A DNA stretch of 64,000 bases from a virus: the IMG/VR virus record IMGVR_UViG_3300035188_000399, positions 1 through 64,000 of that record; one strand, 5' to 3'. This document shows, piece after piece, positions 36,813 to 46,133 of the stretch (position 1 is the first letter of the stretch; each line of letters opens with the position of its first letter). The notes under the pieces were generated by a model. It did no database searches. It was given only the letters and a program-made list of their open reading frames with translations, and was not told the DNA's origin. The translations under genes and the position numbers were made by a program.

Positions 36813-37688
36813 CTATCCGTTCACACGATTGTTCGTCGCTGTTTGGGCGTTTCCCGTTAAGGTACTTCCAATAGCAATAGTTTGCTGTGTATTACGTTGT
36901 AATTCACCTACTAAACCGTTTAATACACCAAGAATACCTTGCATTTGTTGTTGTTGTTGGTTTTGTAAGTTATTTTGGTTTACTGTTTGGTTAACTTCAA
37001 CAGTAGACGCTCTAATAGCACCTTGAGTTGTAGAATTAAACAATTCACCTTGCAATACACCAACTTGGCGTTGTAATTCTAATTCACGAGAGTTAGGTAA
37101 TGTGTCTTTAAGATTAGCAATAGACGCCAAAATTTCTTTTGTATTGCCATCAGCATTAGCAGTAATAATTTGTGTATTACGCAATCCATCAATAACTGCA
37201 TCTTTAGCCGCTAGCGCTGTAGCCGCAAAGCCTGCTGCAAGTGCTGCATTAGTAGCTGCTTGCCCCATTTCAATCTGAGCAGTGTGACTATCAATAGAAT
37301 TGATAATATTAGCCTGTCCTTGCATTGAAGAGATTTGAGATTGCAATACTTGATTTTGAATTCCTGCATTACCTGCAGTAACAGCAGCTTGCAAATTACC
37401 CTCAGCTTGCCAGATTTCTTTTTCTACCTTACCAATTTCACGTCTTGCAGAACCGATATCTTGAATAGTGTTAATACCATTAACAATGCCTTGAACTTCA
37501 TTAGTTGTTGCCGCGTGTGCACCTAAGGCCGCTGCTGCGCCATCGCCATTATTATTTCCAAACAAACCGCCTCTCCCGCCAAATAATGCTGCACCTAAAA
37601 TTAATGGTGTAATTCCGCCCATACCAAACATATCATTAGATTGTGGTTGAGGTGTTACAAATAAATTTGGTGTTGTCATATCAGCCAT
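36813..37688 (-). CDS. Gly-rich hydrophobic N-terminus plus Gln/Asn-rich coiled-coil protein
   Basis: PLILGAALFGGRGGLFG segment then heptad-rich QN region; AAGGAG RBS. Confidence 0.7.
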   Translation of the reverse strand: MADMTTPNLFVTPQPQSNDMFGMGGITPLILGAALFGGRGGLFGNNNGDGAAAALGAHAATTNEVQGIVNGINTIQDIGSARREIGKVEKEIWQAEGNLQAAVTAGNAGIQNQVLQSQISSMQGQANIINSIDSHTAQIEMGQAATNAALAAGFAATALAAKDAVIDGLRNTQIITANADGNTKEILASIANLKDTLPNSRELELQRQVGVLQGELFNSTTQGAIRASTVEVNQTVNQNNLQNQQQQQMQGILGVLNGLVGELQRNTQQTIAIGSTLTGNAQTATNNRVNG

Positions 37689-37711
37689 GTAGTACTCCTT
37701 TTAAAATTAAA

Positions 37712-38056
37712 CTAAACATTTGGATACCATTTATTAGAAGTACCATCATATGTCATAATAATAGCTTTATTAACCACTGCTGTAGATGCTAATGCAATGT
37801 TACCAGTCGTAGTCGTCGTAAAAGCTCCTGTAGGTATTAACGTAATTTGCCCACCATTTTTAAAAGGTGAAACAATTGTTGATATTGCCGCTGTACCTGA
37901 AATAAACACTATAGCTGCAGCAGGAGAGATAGCTGCTGCTGATGCAATAGTTGGTATACTATACCCTAAATCTTGTAATCCTAAATAATCTAAAAATGCT
38001 AGTTTACCTAAATCCGCATTAGTGGGTACTTGATCAGGATCTGTACCGATTAGCAT
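37712..38056 (-). CDS. Small virion-appendage protein candidate
   Basis: N-terminus LIGTDPDQVPTNADLG shared with 38376..40499. Confidence 0.6.
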   Translation of the reverse strand: MLIGTDPDQVPTNADLGKLAFLDYLGLQDLGYSIPTIASAAAISPAAAIVFISGTAAISTIVSPFKNGGQITLIPTGAFTTTTTGNIALASTAVVNKAIIMTYDGTSNKWYPNV

Positions 38057-38379
38057 TATTCACCTGCCCATATTCTATAAGGGGTTGTCGGTGCTGTAAT
38101 TAACGGCAATGCAGCCTCTTGTTCAGCTGTCAAATCAGCTTTAATATTAACATGCCATCCGTCAATGGGTAGCATTTCAGGATATTGCAGGTTATCTTCA
38201 GTACGTAATACTTGACCTGTTGGTTTATAAATTAAGCCAATTACATCTGTAGTAATTTTTGTAATAAATTGGGTATCACTTTCTGTACCCCAAACTGGTT
38301 CAACAGTTGCTAAGCCTAATTCTAAGAACTTAGCTGTGAACTCAGCTTCATTTGTGAATTTTAAAAAATAGTTTTTCAT
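38056..38379 (-). CDS. Fibre-associated protein (possible chaperone)
   Basis: Follows fibre gene; GWHVN...PTTPYRIWAG. Confidence 0.55.
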   Translation of the reverse strand: MKNYFLKFTNEAEFTAKFLELGLATVEPVWGTESDTQFITKITTDVIGLIYKPTGQVLRTEDNLQYPEMLPIDGWHVNIKADLTAEQEAALPLITAPTTPYRIWAGE

Positions 38380-40499
38380 GTTGTTGTGAGTCCTTGAAGT
38401 TCAGTGTTGCTTAGACGTTTGGGGTAATAAGCTATTTTGGAAATTGTTCTAACCCCTACTATATTATTATATGTGCCCATGCCTATTTTTAGATTTGTAA
38501 AGGTTGGAATTGTTGCTGAGGTATCTGTATAGATTATATCATTTCCATTTGAGTAAGCAATATCATTGGCTTTATAACCTATAGCTTGCCTTGTAGTTAA
38601 AGACTCTGTATACTGTTTATAAGCATCTGCCTGAACAATGTTAGCATTTTCAAAATAAAGACCAGTACTCTTATAAGGATTTACAAAAAGACATAATCTC
38701 GTGCCAAAAATGGTATTATCTAATTGCGCCAACTGCCCAAAGCCATTAGCGCCTAATGTTACTGGTATTTTTGCAGTAAGTGCTAAAGTACCCTCATCTT
38801 GTCTATACCAACTAGAAAAATTAGTCCCAGTAATAACAGCATTATCCGCTGGACGAGTTGCTTGAGCTGAACTAGAGATATCTGCAGTACGAATACCTTG
38901 GCTAGAAGAAATTGACGGAATATAGCTTGTAGCTGTATTGCCTGCTTCTAGTTGTGCGCCCCAGATGTAGATGCCGGATGTGCCGTCGCCTGTATAAGAT
39001 GCCCCATTTTTTGCAGCAATAATCCATATTGTTCCAACCAAAGCAGCCGAATCAGTAGTAGCAGATATTCTGAACCATCCATTTCCAACCGGTGTAATAC
39101 TCGTTGCTGTTGTTGAGCCGTTGCCTATTACCGAAGTAGCTGTTGCCAAATTAAAGTCTGCTAAAATTGGGTTTTTTGGAGTTACTGCTTCATACGAACT
39201 TAGTCTTATAGTGGTATGCTCAGCGGCTTTCACATATAGCGACAATGTTATTGCGGCAGATGGTGGTGTGTAGATATTATAAATACTGTGAGCTGCTGTA
39301 GTAGCTGATTCAACCAATTTGTCAGCAGTTAAAGTCCCATCTGGCGCAGTTGCTGCATTTGCTGTTATCGTTGCATTACTTTTAACCCAAATCGCATTAT
39401 CAAACTGTTCGCTATAAGTCAGCAAATTAGTAGCCGCAGGTTCAAGTAACAACTTAGGTGATAACGCTAAATTCAATGGATTATAGTTATATCTAGCTAC
39501 ATTAGTTGCAGCAGATTGAATTAAACCATTCGAGCCAATGAATGTACCAGTTGATGCCCGTGAGGTAAAGCTATCGGCGGAAGGGATATAGCTTGTCGCA
39601 AATGCGCCTTGTTCTAGTTGTGCGCCCCACATGTAAAAGCCCGAAGTGCCATTTCCAATATAATTAGCATTTGTACTAGAGCCAGTGCATGGGAGTACAA
39701 GGAATCCTCTAAAGTTATTCCCTGAAGAACCTGTAGTCGGTGTAATATAGCATCTATACCACCCATTTCCAACAGGAATTATACCAGAATTATCAGCTGT
39801 TGCACTACCATTGCGAAATATAACAGTGCCGTTTGACAAGTCAACATAAAGGCTTGCACCTCCACCATCAAATGAATCTCCTCCTACTGTTAAGCAAACT
39901 ACTGTAGTTTCACCTGCCTTGAGGTAAACCGACATTGCGTACCTGGTAGAAAGACTTAAAGCTATTGTCTTACCTGTATAATGGTTTTGCGCTACAGAAT
40001 CTTTTGATTCAACAATTTTACATGCAGTCAATAATCCATCTGGAGCAATTGCAGCGTTAGGTAATAATGCTACATTATAGGAAAGCCAGTAATTACTGGC
40101 AGCGCCATATGTTTCTGTATATTGTAATAAATTAGTGCGTTGTTCTTCAATCAGCAACCCTAGCGATTCACCTGTAATTGGATTATGATCAAAACGAGCT
40201 TCATTACTTGTGGCACTCTTAACCAACCCATTAGCATCTGTGTAAGTTCCAATACCTCCACGCGTAAATGTAATACGTGAATCTAAAGTTTTACTCTTAG
40301 CGAAATCTAATAACAGACTAGGCCTGATAGTTGCTCTGCCTGATCTAGCTAATGCTGAATTCTTAATATCACCTATTGTAACAGTACCGAGTGTATCAAT
40401 TTCTGTATTACCCCTAAAGTAATCAGCGTCTTCATATGCCATTGTACCTAAGTCGGCATTCGTGGGGGTTTGGTTTGGTTTTGTTCCTATTAATCCCAT
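38376..40499 (-). CDS. Fibre/spike protein B with two tandem beta-rich modules
   Basis: Two copies of TNLL...APDG...GNGW...WGAQLE...ATSYIP; paralog of 40500..42599. Confidence 0.7.
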   Translation of the reverse strand: MGLIGTKPNQTPTNADLGTMAYEDADYFRGNTEIDTLGTVTIGDIKNSALARSGRATIRPSLLLDFAKSKTLDSRITFTRGGIGTYTDANGLVKSATSNEARFDHNPITGESLGLLIEEQRTNLLQYTETYGAASNYWLSYNVALLPNAAIAPDGLLTACKIVESKDSVAQNHYTGKTIALSLSTRYAMSVYLKAGETTVVCLTVGGDSFDGGGASLYVDLSNGTVIFRNGSATADNSGIIPVGNGWYRCYITPTTGSSGNNFRGFLVLPCTGSSTNANYIGNGTSGFYMWGAQLEQGAFATSYIPSADSFTSRASTGTFIGSNGLIQSAATNVARYNYNPLNLALSPKLLLEPAATNLLTYSEQFDNAIWVKSNATITANAATAPDGTLTADKLVESATTAAHSIYNIYTPPSAAITLSLYVKAAEHTTIRLSSYEAVTPKNPILADFNLATATSVIGNGSTTATSITPVGNGWFRISATTDSAALVGTIWIIAAKNGASYTGDGTSGIYIWGAQLEAGNTATSYIPSISSSQGIRTADISSSAQATRPADNAVITGTNFSSWYRQDEGTLALTAKIPVTLGANGFGQLAQLDNTIFGTRLCLFVNPYKSTGLYFENANIVQADAYKQYTESLTTRQAIGYKANDIAYSNGNDIIYTDTSATIPTFTNLKIGMGTYNNIVGVRTISKIAYYPKRLSNTELQGLTTT

Positions 40500-42599
40500 T
40501 TAGCCTCCTGTAAGTGATTGTAGTTCTGCATTTGACAGACGTTTAGGATAATATGCTAATTTGAGTATGTGTAAGTTTTGAGTAGGCCCAATTAACATTC
40601 TACTCATACCTTGTCCAACTGCAGCAGACGTATCAGTTTCAGTTGTGCTACCAGAAACTGAAAATGCAATGTCATTAGTTGCGTATGCAAGTGCGCATGA
40701 TATTACAGTTTGTGATGTAACAGCAGTTCCATTGAAATCCCATTGAGAAACACTGTTATCAAATCCGTACGAATCAATAGTTGCGCTGCCACTACCGCTC
40801 ACATACCTTAATGAAATAAATGAGCCTGCACCGCCTGCACCCCTATCTACCCATGCCATAGTCGGAACCGATACTGCAGTAGTAGTTGACATTAATCTTG
40901 AAGTTGCATGCAATGTGCCTTCATCTTGTCTGTACCATTTTAAATCTGTCATCACAGCGCCATCAACCGCTCGCGTATATTGACCCGATGAACTTGCATC
41001 AGCACTACGAGTAACTTGGCTAGAGGTTGTTGGGATATAGCTTGTAGCTGTAGTTCCTACTTCTAGTTGTGCGCCCCATGCATAATAATATTCGCCTATT
41101 ACGCCACTGCCTCGGATGACACCGTTTATTCCCCATCCTCTAAATAGTATTGATGTTCGACTATTAGTTGCATCTCGCGTTATTACATAACTTATTCGGT
41201 ACCAGCCATTACCCACTGGAATAATAGAAGGTTGATTACGCCCAGTATCACCGCCAATATAAGTACCTGTACTAAGATTAAATACTAGATTATCTTCGGT
41301 ATTACCTATATAATACATATTAAATACAAATGTAGTAGCCGTGCCAGCTTTTACAAAAATGGAAGCAGTATAATCTGTTATATTTGAGGCTGGTACTGCA
41401 AGTGTGTATTGGAATAACGAAGTCCCACCGCCATCATTAGTTATCTTATCCGCAGTAGTATTACCATCTGGTGAAGTAGTATTATTTGCAGTAACCGCAA
41501 TACCAAGATTACCACCTGCATTTTCCCAAACAGCATTATCAAACTGTTCGCTATAAGTCACTAAATTAGTCGCAGCAGGCTCTAATAACAACTTAGGCGC
41601 CAATTTCAAATTCATTGGATTATAGTTATATCGCGCAGTATTAATAGCCGAAGTTTTAACTAATCCATCAGATCCAATATATGTAGCCGTAGACGCACGA
41701 GATGTGAAGGTATCATTCGAAGGGATATAACTGGTGGCAAATGCGCCTTCTTCTAGTTGTGCGCCCCAGATATATAAGCCGGATGTGCCGTCACCTGTGT
41801 ATGAAGCAGTTGTACCGTTATCTAAAAAGTATGTTAAAGCAGTTTGGACATTTAAATTACCCCTGGTGGTCGTCAGTGTGCATCTAATCCAACCATTACC
41901 TATTTCAGTTATAGTTGAGCTAGTATTAGTAAAATTTGCATTATTTGTTGATACAGCGGTAACTTGTTTCGTATCTAAATTAAAAGTAGATGCTGACACA
42001 TAAGCAACATTATCTGTAAACTGTATTTTAAACCTTCTTGTACTTCCAGTTGGAAGTTTTTTAATATATATAGACGTAGTAAATGTTTTGTTAGCTAGGC
42101 TTTGCGAGGCATAAAATAAGTATTGTAAAGAACTTGTTGATTCAATAAAACTTTCAGCAGTCAAAGTCCCATCTGGTGCGGTAGTTGAATTTGTAGTTAC
42201 TGTTGCTCCCGATTTAAGCCAAGCCGCATTGTCAAAATTCTCACTATAACTCAGCAAATTAGTACGTTGCTCTTCAATCAATAACCCTAACGACTCTTTA
42301 GTAACTGGATCATGGTCGAAACGTGGTTTACCCGCTTCAACTTTCTCAAGCAATCCATCAGCATTATACCTAGTACCGATGGACGCTCGTGTAAATGTAA
42401 TTCTCTTGTCTAATCGCTTAAGATTAGCAAAATCTAACAGCAGACTAGGTCTAATGCTACTTTTAGTATTCTCAATATTAACGTTTACATTATCGACTGC
42501 ATCTTTGAGGTTAATGAAGTTAGTGTCTAACTCTGTATTTGTTAATGTTGAATTCTTAGCATACGACCCTGTCTGACGAGTGACAATAGTAACGGCCAT
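40500..42599 (-). CDS. Fibre/spike protein A with two tandem beta-rich modules
   Basis: Same architecture; N-terminal LTNTELDTNF anchor-like motif. Confidence 0.7.
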   Translation of the reverse strand: MAVTIVTRQTGSYAKNSTLTNTELDTNFINLKDAVDNVNVNIENTKSSIRPSLLLDFANLKRLDKRITFTRASIGTRYNADGLLEKVEAGKPRFDHDPVTKESLGLLIEEQRTNLLSYSENFDNAAWLKSGATVTTNSTTAPDGTLTAESFIESTSSLQYLFYASQSLANKTFTTSIYIKKLPTGSTRRFKIQFTDNVAYVSASTFNLDTKQVTAVSTNNANFTNTSSTITEIGNGWIRCTLTTTRGNLNVQTALTYFLDNGTTASYTGDGTSGLYIWGAQLEEGAFATSYIPSNDTFTSRASTATYIGSDGLVKTSAINTARYNYNPMNLKLAPKLLLEPAATNLVTYSEQFDNAVWENAGGNLGIAVTANNTTSPDGNTTADKITNDGGGTSLFQYTLAVPASNITDYTASIFVKAGTATTFVFNMYYIGNTEDNLVFNLSTGTYIGGDTGRNQPSIIPVGNGWYRISYVITRDATNSRTSILFRGWGINGVIRGSGVIGEYYYAWGAQLEVGTTATSYIPTTSSQVTRSADASSSGQYTRAVDGAVMTDLKWYRQDEGTLHATSRLMSTTTAVSVPTMAWVDRGAGGAGSFISLRYVSGSGSATIDSYGFDNSVSQWDFNGTAVTSQTVISCALAYATNDIAFSVSGSTTETDTSAAVGQGMSRMLIGPTQNLHILKLAYYPKRLSNAELQSLTGG

Positions 42600-42600
42600 A

Positions 42601-43065
42601 TTAGAGTACCTGTAGTTTCCACGTTACGGTTAAGGTATCAGCAGCACCTTTGTTAATAACACTAAATACTGTACGCGCAATCATATCATTAGTTGTTGAC
42701 GTAGCAGCATTAAATAAACCTGCTTCTGTAATAGCGCCTGTACCTATACCCGCACCAAATGTAGCAGCAACTGAGATGGTATCATTAGTAAGAGTTGTAG
42801 TAGAAGCTGACGGAGCAGATGTTGCAACACGTGACCCTAAGGCTGCACCTAAAGCACTATCAGTAGCGGCAACAGCAGTTGATGCAGTTCCTACACCAAT
42901 CCAACCAATAGCAGCAGGAGCGCCAGTGGATAATAATCTTTGAGCAATATAGCCTTTGCCGACATTTACAATAGTATTGCTAGTACCAGTTTGTTTAAGG
43001 TTCCCATTTTCATCTCTAAGCTCGAATTCTACATAGCCTCTAGCTTGAATTTGTTCTGTAAGCAT
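42601..43065 (-). CDS. Virion structural protein (collar/fibre-base-like)
   Basis: NTIVNVG...IGVGT...ITEAGLFNA...ARTVF...TLTVTW pattern. Confidence 0.6.
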   Translation of the reverse strand: MLTEQIQARGYVEFELRDENGNLKQTGTSNTIVNVGKGYIAQRLLSTGAPAAIGWIGVGTASTAVAATDSALGAALGSRVATSAPSASTTTLTNDTISVAATFGAGIGTGAITEAGLFNAATSTTNDMIARTVFSVINKGAADTLTVTWKLQVL

Positions 43066-43076
43066 TTTAATTTCCT

Positions 43077-44390
43077 TTAGTATAAAGTCCCTACATACAT
43101 AGGTGTAACGTAATCATTAGATACGTAGTTATTAAAGTACATTGAGATAGAGTCAGATGTTCCAACTGTCTCAATGGTTATTCTGTTTGGATTAAACAAT
43201 ATATAATCCGAATTAGATGATGTATCTAAAAATGCTCGCGATAGACCGAATGATATTATGTCAATATTTGATAAAGTGTCTGTAATATTTTTACCAACAT
43301 TATATAATGCATTATCACTATTGGTTGATGTGTCTAAAATAGTTCTTGATGCATTATATTGTAATGCTACAATATCACCAGCAGTATTAGTATCTACAAT
43401 GACTTTGCCTAAATCAAATATATTAGAATCCGCAGTTGATGCTGAATCGCTAATTGTTTTACCAATACTAGAATTAACGCTATCTGATAAAGATGTCGTA
43501 TCTGTGAAGATCTTACCAAGATTTAATAATATAGAATCACTAGACGCCAATGTATCAATGACATCTCTAATTAAACTTAATAGTGTAATTATTGTATCGC
43601 CAATATTGAAGTTATCTAAAATACCTTTACCAATATCATTATTAACGACATCATTACTTGAGATATTATCTTGTAATCCTCTGCCTACACTCTTAGAAAT
43701 ACTATCTGTAGTATTTGCAGAATCGATAATATTTTTACCTGGCCCATTTGAAACTAAATCAATAGTTGCAGCCGTATCCGTAAATACTTTACTAATACTA
43801 TTTGCGATAATATCTGAGATACTAAAGTCATCATTGTCATTTGCATAAAATATTTCAGTTAACGCATCACTGACAGTAAAATGCTCTTCTACGATTTTAT
43901 TAAAAGCCCGTGTTACTATATCAGTAGGTGAGAATGTTTCAACAGAAAACGTCTTAGTTAATCCAAAACTGATTATATCTACTGTAAGGAAATCAGCTAG
44001 ATATGCATCTTCAGCATAACCACTAGCATAATAATCTAGATTACCATGTTCTTCAAATGTGGTAGAAATATCTTTAGCGATAAATTCACCAAAATTAATA
44101 CCATCAATGGGTACTTTACCTATATCTCTGAGATTAACGTCAGAGACAGATAATGTATCTTTTGTTATTGAGTTTGGATTTAATACTACACTATCAGTAA
44201 TCGGCAAACTATCAGCAGCTCTGGAGAAATATCCACCATATCTTACTGGATCATTAATATCATATGTAATCTTTGCTGCCTCAAAAGCCGGTTGTGTTAC
44301 AGGCTCAGTGACAATATAATTAGTAACTAATGATTTTTGATTAACACTAGTCTTTAATTTTTGTGTTATTAAATTAGTTTTCAGTTTCAT
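43077..44390 (-). CDS. Asp/Ser/Thr-rich protein with ~18-aa repeats
   Basis: GKIFTDTTSLSDSVNSSI/GKTISDSASTADSNIFDL/GKVIVD periodicity. Confidence 0.7.
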   Translation of the reverse strand: MKLKTNLITQKLKTSVNQKSLVTNYIVTEPVTQPAFEAAKITYDINDPVRYGGYFSRAADSLPITDSVVLNPNSITKDTLSVSDVNLRDIGKVPIDGINFGEFIAKDISTTFEEHGNLDYYASGYAEDAYLADFLTVDIISFGLTKTFSVETFSPTDIVTRAFNKIVEEHFTVSDALTEIFYANDNDDFSISDIIANSISKVFTDTAATIDLVSNGPGKNIIDSANTTDSISKSVGRGLQDNISSNDVVNNDIGKGILDNFNIGDTIITLLSLIRDVIDTLASSDSILLNLGKIFTDTTSLSDSVNSSIGKTISDSASTADSNIFDLGKVIVDTNTAGDIVALQYNASRTILDTSTNSDNALYNVGKNITDTLSNIDIISFGLSRAFLDTSSNSDYILFNPNRITIETVGTSDSISMYFNNYVSNDYVTPMYVGTLY

Positions 44391-44977
44391 ACGTCAGGTA
44401 CAAGGTCAGTAAGGCTATATAAAAGCTCTACTGTACCTCTTACTGGTTTCCATGTTCTAACAAAATTAGATGGATTAGTCGGCTCTGTAACTCTTAATTC
44501 AAAGAATCCATATACAGGGCTATCTACTGTTGGACTCTTTTCCCATCCTGTAGATATTGTACTAGGAAATCTAATGCTAATATCATTTAAATTAATATTT
44601 AACCATTTAGTAGATATTGCACTTGGAGTTTCATTGCCTGAAAGTAGTAAGAATTTATAATAGAGGCCGTTGTATAAAACTACATCATCGTAATTATATG
44701 TATTTGTCGATACCCAATTAGTTGGTGTACGAGGCCTGACAACAGTTAGTGGTGTTTGAACACCATTTAACTTGATAGTCGATGGTGCTTCTGTTTGTCC
44801 ATCTACATTTAAGGCTTCTAATAAAACAGCTTCAAATGTATAAGCAAGAGATGCATCAGTAATAAAATTAAGTGTAATAGGAAATTCGAGTTGTTCACCT
44901 TTAATGAATGACCATAAAACACCACCACCATCCGTAATTAGATCATCTGTTGCACTATTAAATTTGGATCTAGCCAT
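44387..44977 (-). CDS. Hypothetical structural protein with a short carbohydrate-binding-like insert
   Basis: WVSTNTYNYDDVVLYNGLYY resembles CBM5/12-type repeats. Confidence 0.5.
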   Translation of the reverse strand: MARSKFNSATDDLITDGGGVLWSFIKGEQLEFPITLNFITDASLAYTFEAVLLEALNVDGQTEAPSTIKLNGVQTPLTVVRPRTPTNWVSTNTYNYDDVVLYNGLYYKFLLLSGNETPSAISTKWLNINLNDISIRFPSTISTGWEKSPTVDSPVYGFFELRVTEPTNPSNFVRTWKPVRGTVELLYSLTDLVPDV

Positions 44978-45338
44978 TGCCCCTCCATTCCGATTTATCG
45001 GCTTTTCTTTCTAGTTTATCGAGTATTTGATCTAATTTCTTCCCCAGGCTTTCACCTAGGGTTTTAAGATCTTCTTTACGAGCATATTGCGTAGCCATTT
45101 GAGTTTCTAAATCTTCTAGCTTATCTAGCTTTTTAGAGATATCTTGTAGCTGTTGATTAAGTTCGACTTTCTTCACATAATCGTTAGCAATAAGGATTTT
45201 AACATCACTAATAGCCTTTGCAACAGAATCGTTATCTGCTTCTAACTTATTAAACTTAGACATAAGTAGTCCCAATGCGGCTGTGGCAATCGTGCCTCCA
45301 GCACTCAATACGACATTTACCCAATCTTGTGCTTCCAT
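44970..45338 (-). CDS. N-terminal TM plus coiled-coil protein (holin/antiholin-like)
   Basis: Hydrophobic N-terminus, duplicated Y-x-K/R-K-x-E/D-L...KKLD repeat; AAGGA RBS. Confidence 0.55.
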   Translation of the reverse strand: MEAQDWVNVVLSAGGTIATAALGLLMSKFNKLEADNDSVAKAISDVKILIANDYVKKVELNQQLQDISKKLDKLEDLETQMATQYARKEDLKTLGESLGKKLDQILDKLERKADKSEWRGNG

Positions 45339-45348
45339 TTTATTATCC

Positions 45349-46133
45349 TTAAAAGTTGAAACCACGAGAAACCCGTTTCCCGCCCGTTTGTATTGGATAG
45401 AGGTATTCTGTGGCATATCTAATACCATCAGAAAAATGCTCTATATTCTCCGACTTATCAATAGTCGCTATATCTAAGTTGCGGTCTGTCCATTTTGTTC
45501 TTTCAAGAGATAAAATAGTACCGGAACATCTAGGATGTACATACAGGTCTATTTTACCTGAAGCTGTTAATAGTTTACGATTTACTGCGGCTACACTATC
45601 GATAATAGGTGGTGCAGCCCTGTGTGCTCTACATATAATGCCATATGTCTCTAGTATACTAAAGTCAGTACGGCCTACTGGAGCAGAAGTCTTTCTAGCA
45701 CGACCAGAAGGATCTGGATATGCATATATCTTATGGCCTTTATATTTTTCTTTAATAGCAATAGCCAGTGATTCTGTATCAGGATGCCCTTGGAACTCAT
45801 CAATAAATTGCATTTGATGCCCTCTAAGTGTGAAGACACTAGAACACTGACGCATGACGTTAAAGTCAATACATATATGAACATCTTCACCTTCCATAAG
45901 GTCTTCTAATGTAGCATCAACATGTTTCTTACGATCAAAACAGTAGAATACACTATTACCTGATTCAGCAAATTGTGCTAAGTATTCTGATGCCCATGTT
46001 ACTGGGTCAATCTTATCTTTAATCTTTTCTATTTCTTGTTGATCTAAGAATGGCGATTGTAAATAATCATATTGATAAAATCCCCAATCAGAGTCTGATT
46101 CATGATATGTAGATAGTGTATGAAAGAAATTAT
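45349..46133 (-). CDS. terL: Terminase large subunit, exon 2 (nuclease domain)
   Basis: Frame open from 46131 (NFFH...SEYLAQF...CIDFNV...DPSG...HFSDGIRY). Confidence 0.9.

Noticed and set aside
38376-42599. Diversity-generating retroelement acting on the fibre genes
   Set aside because: No reverse transcriptase in the window, and no template/variable repeat pair differing only at adenines
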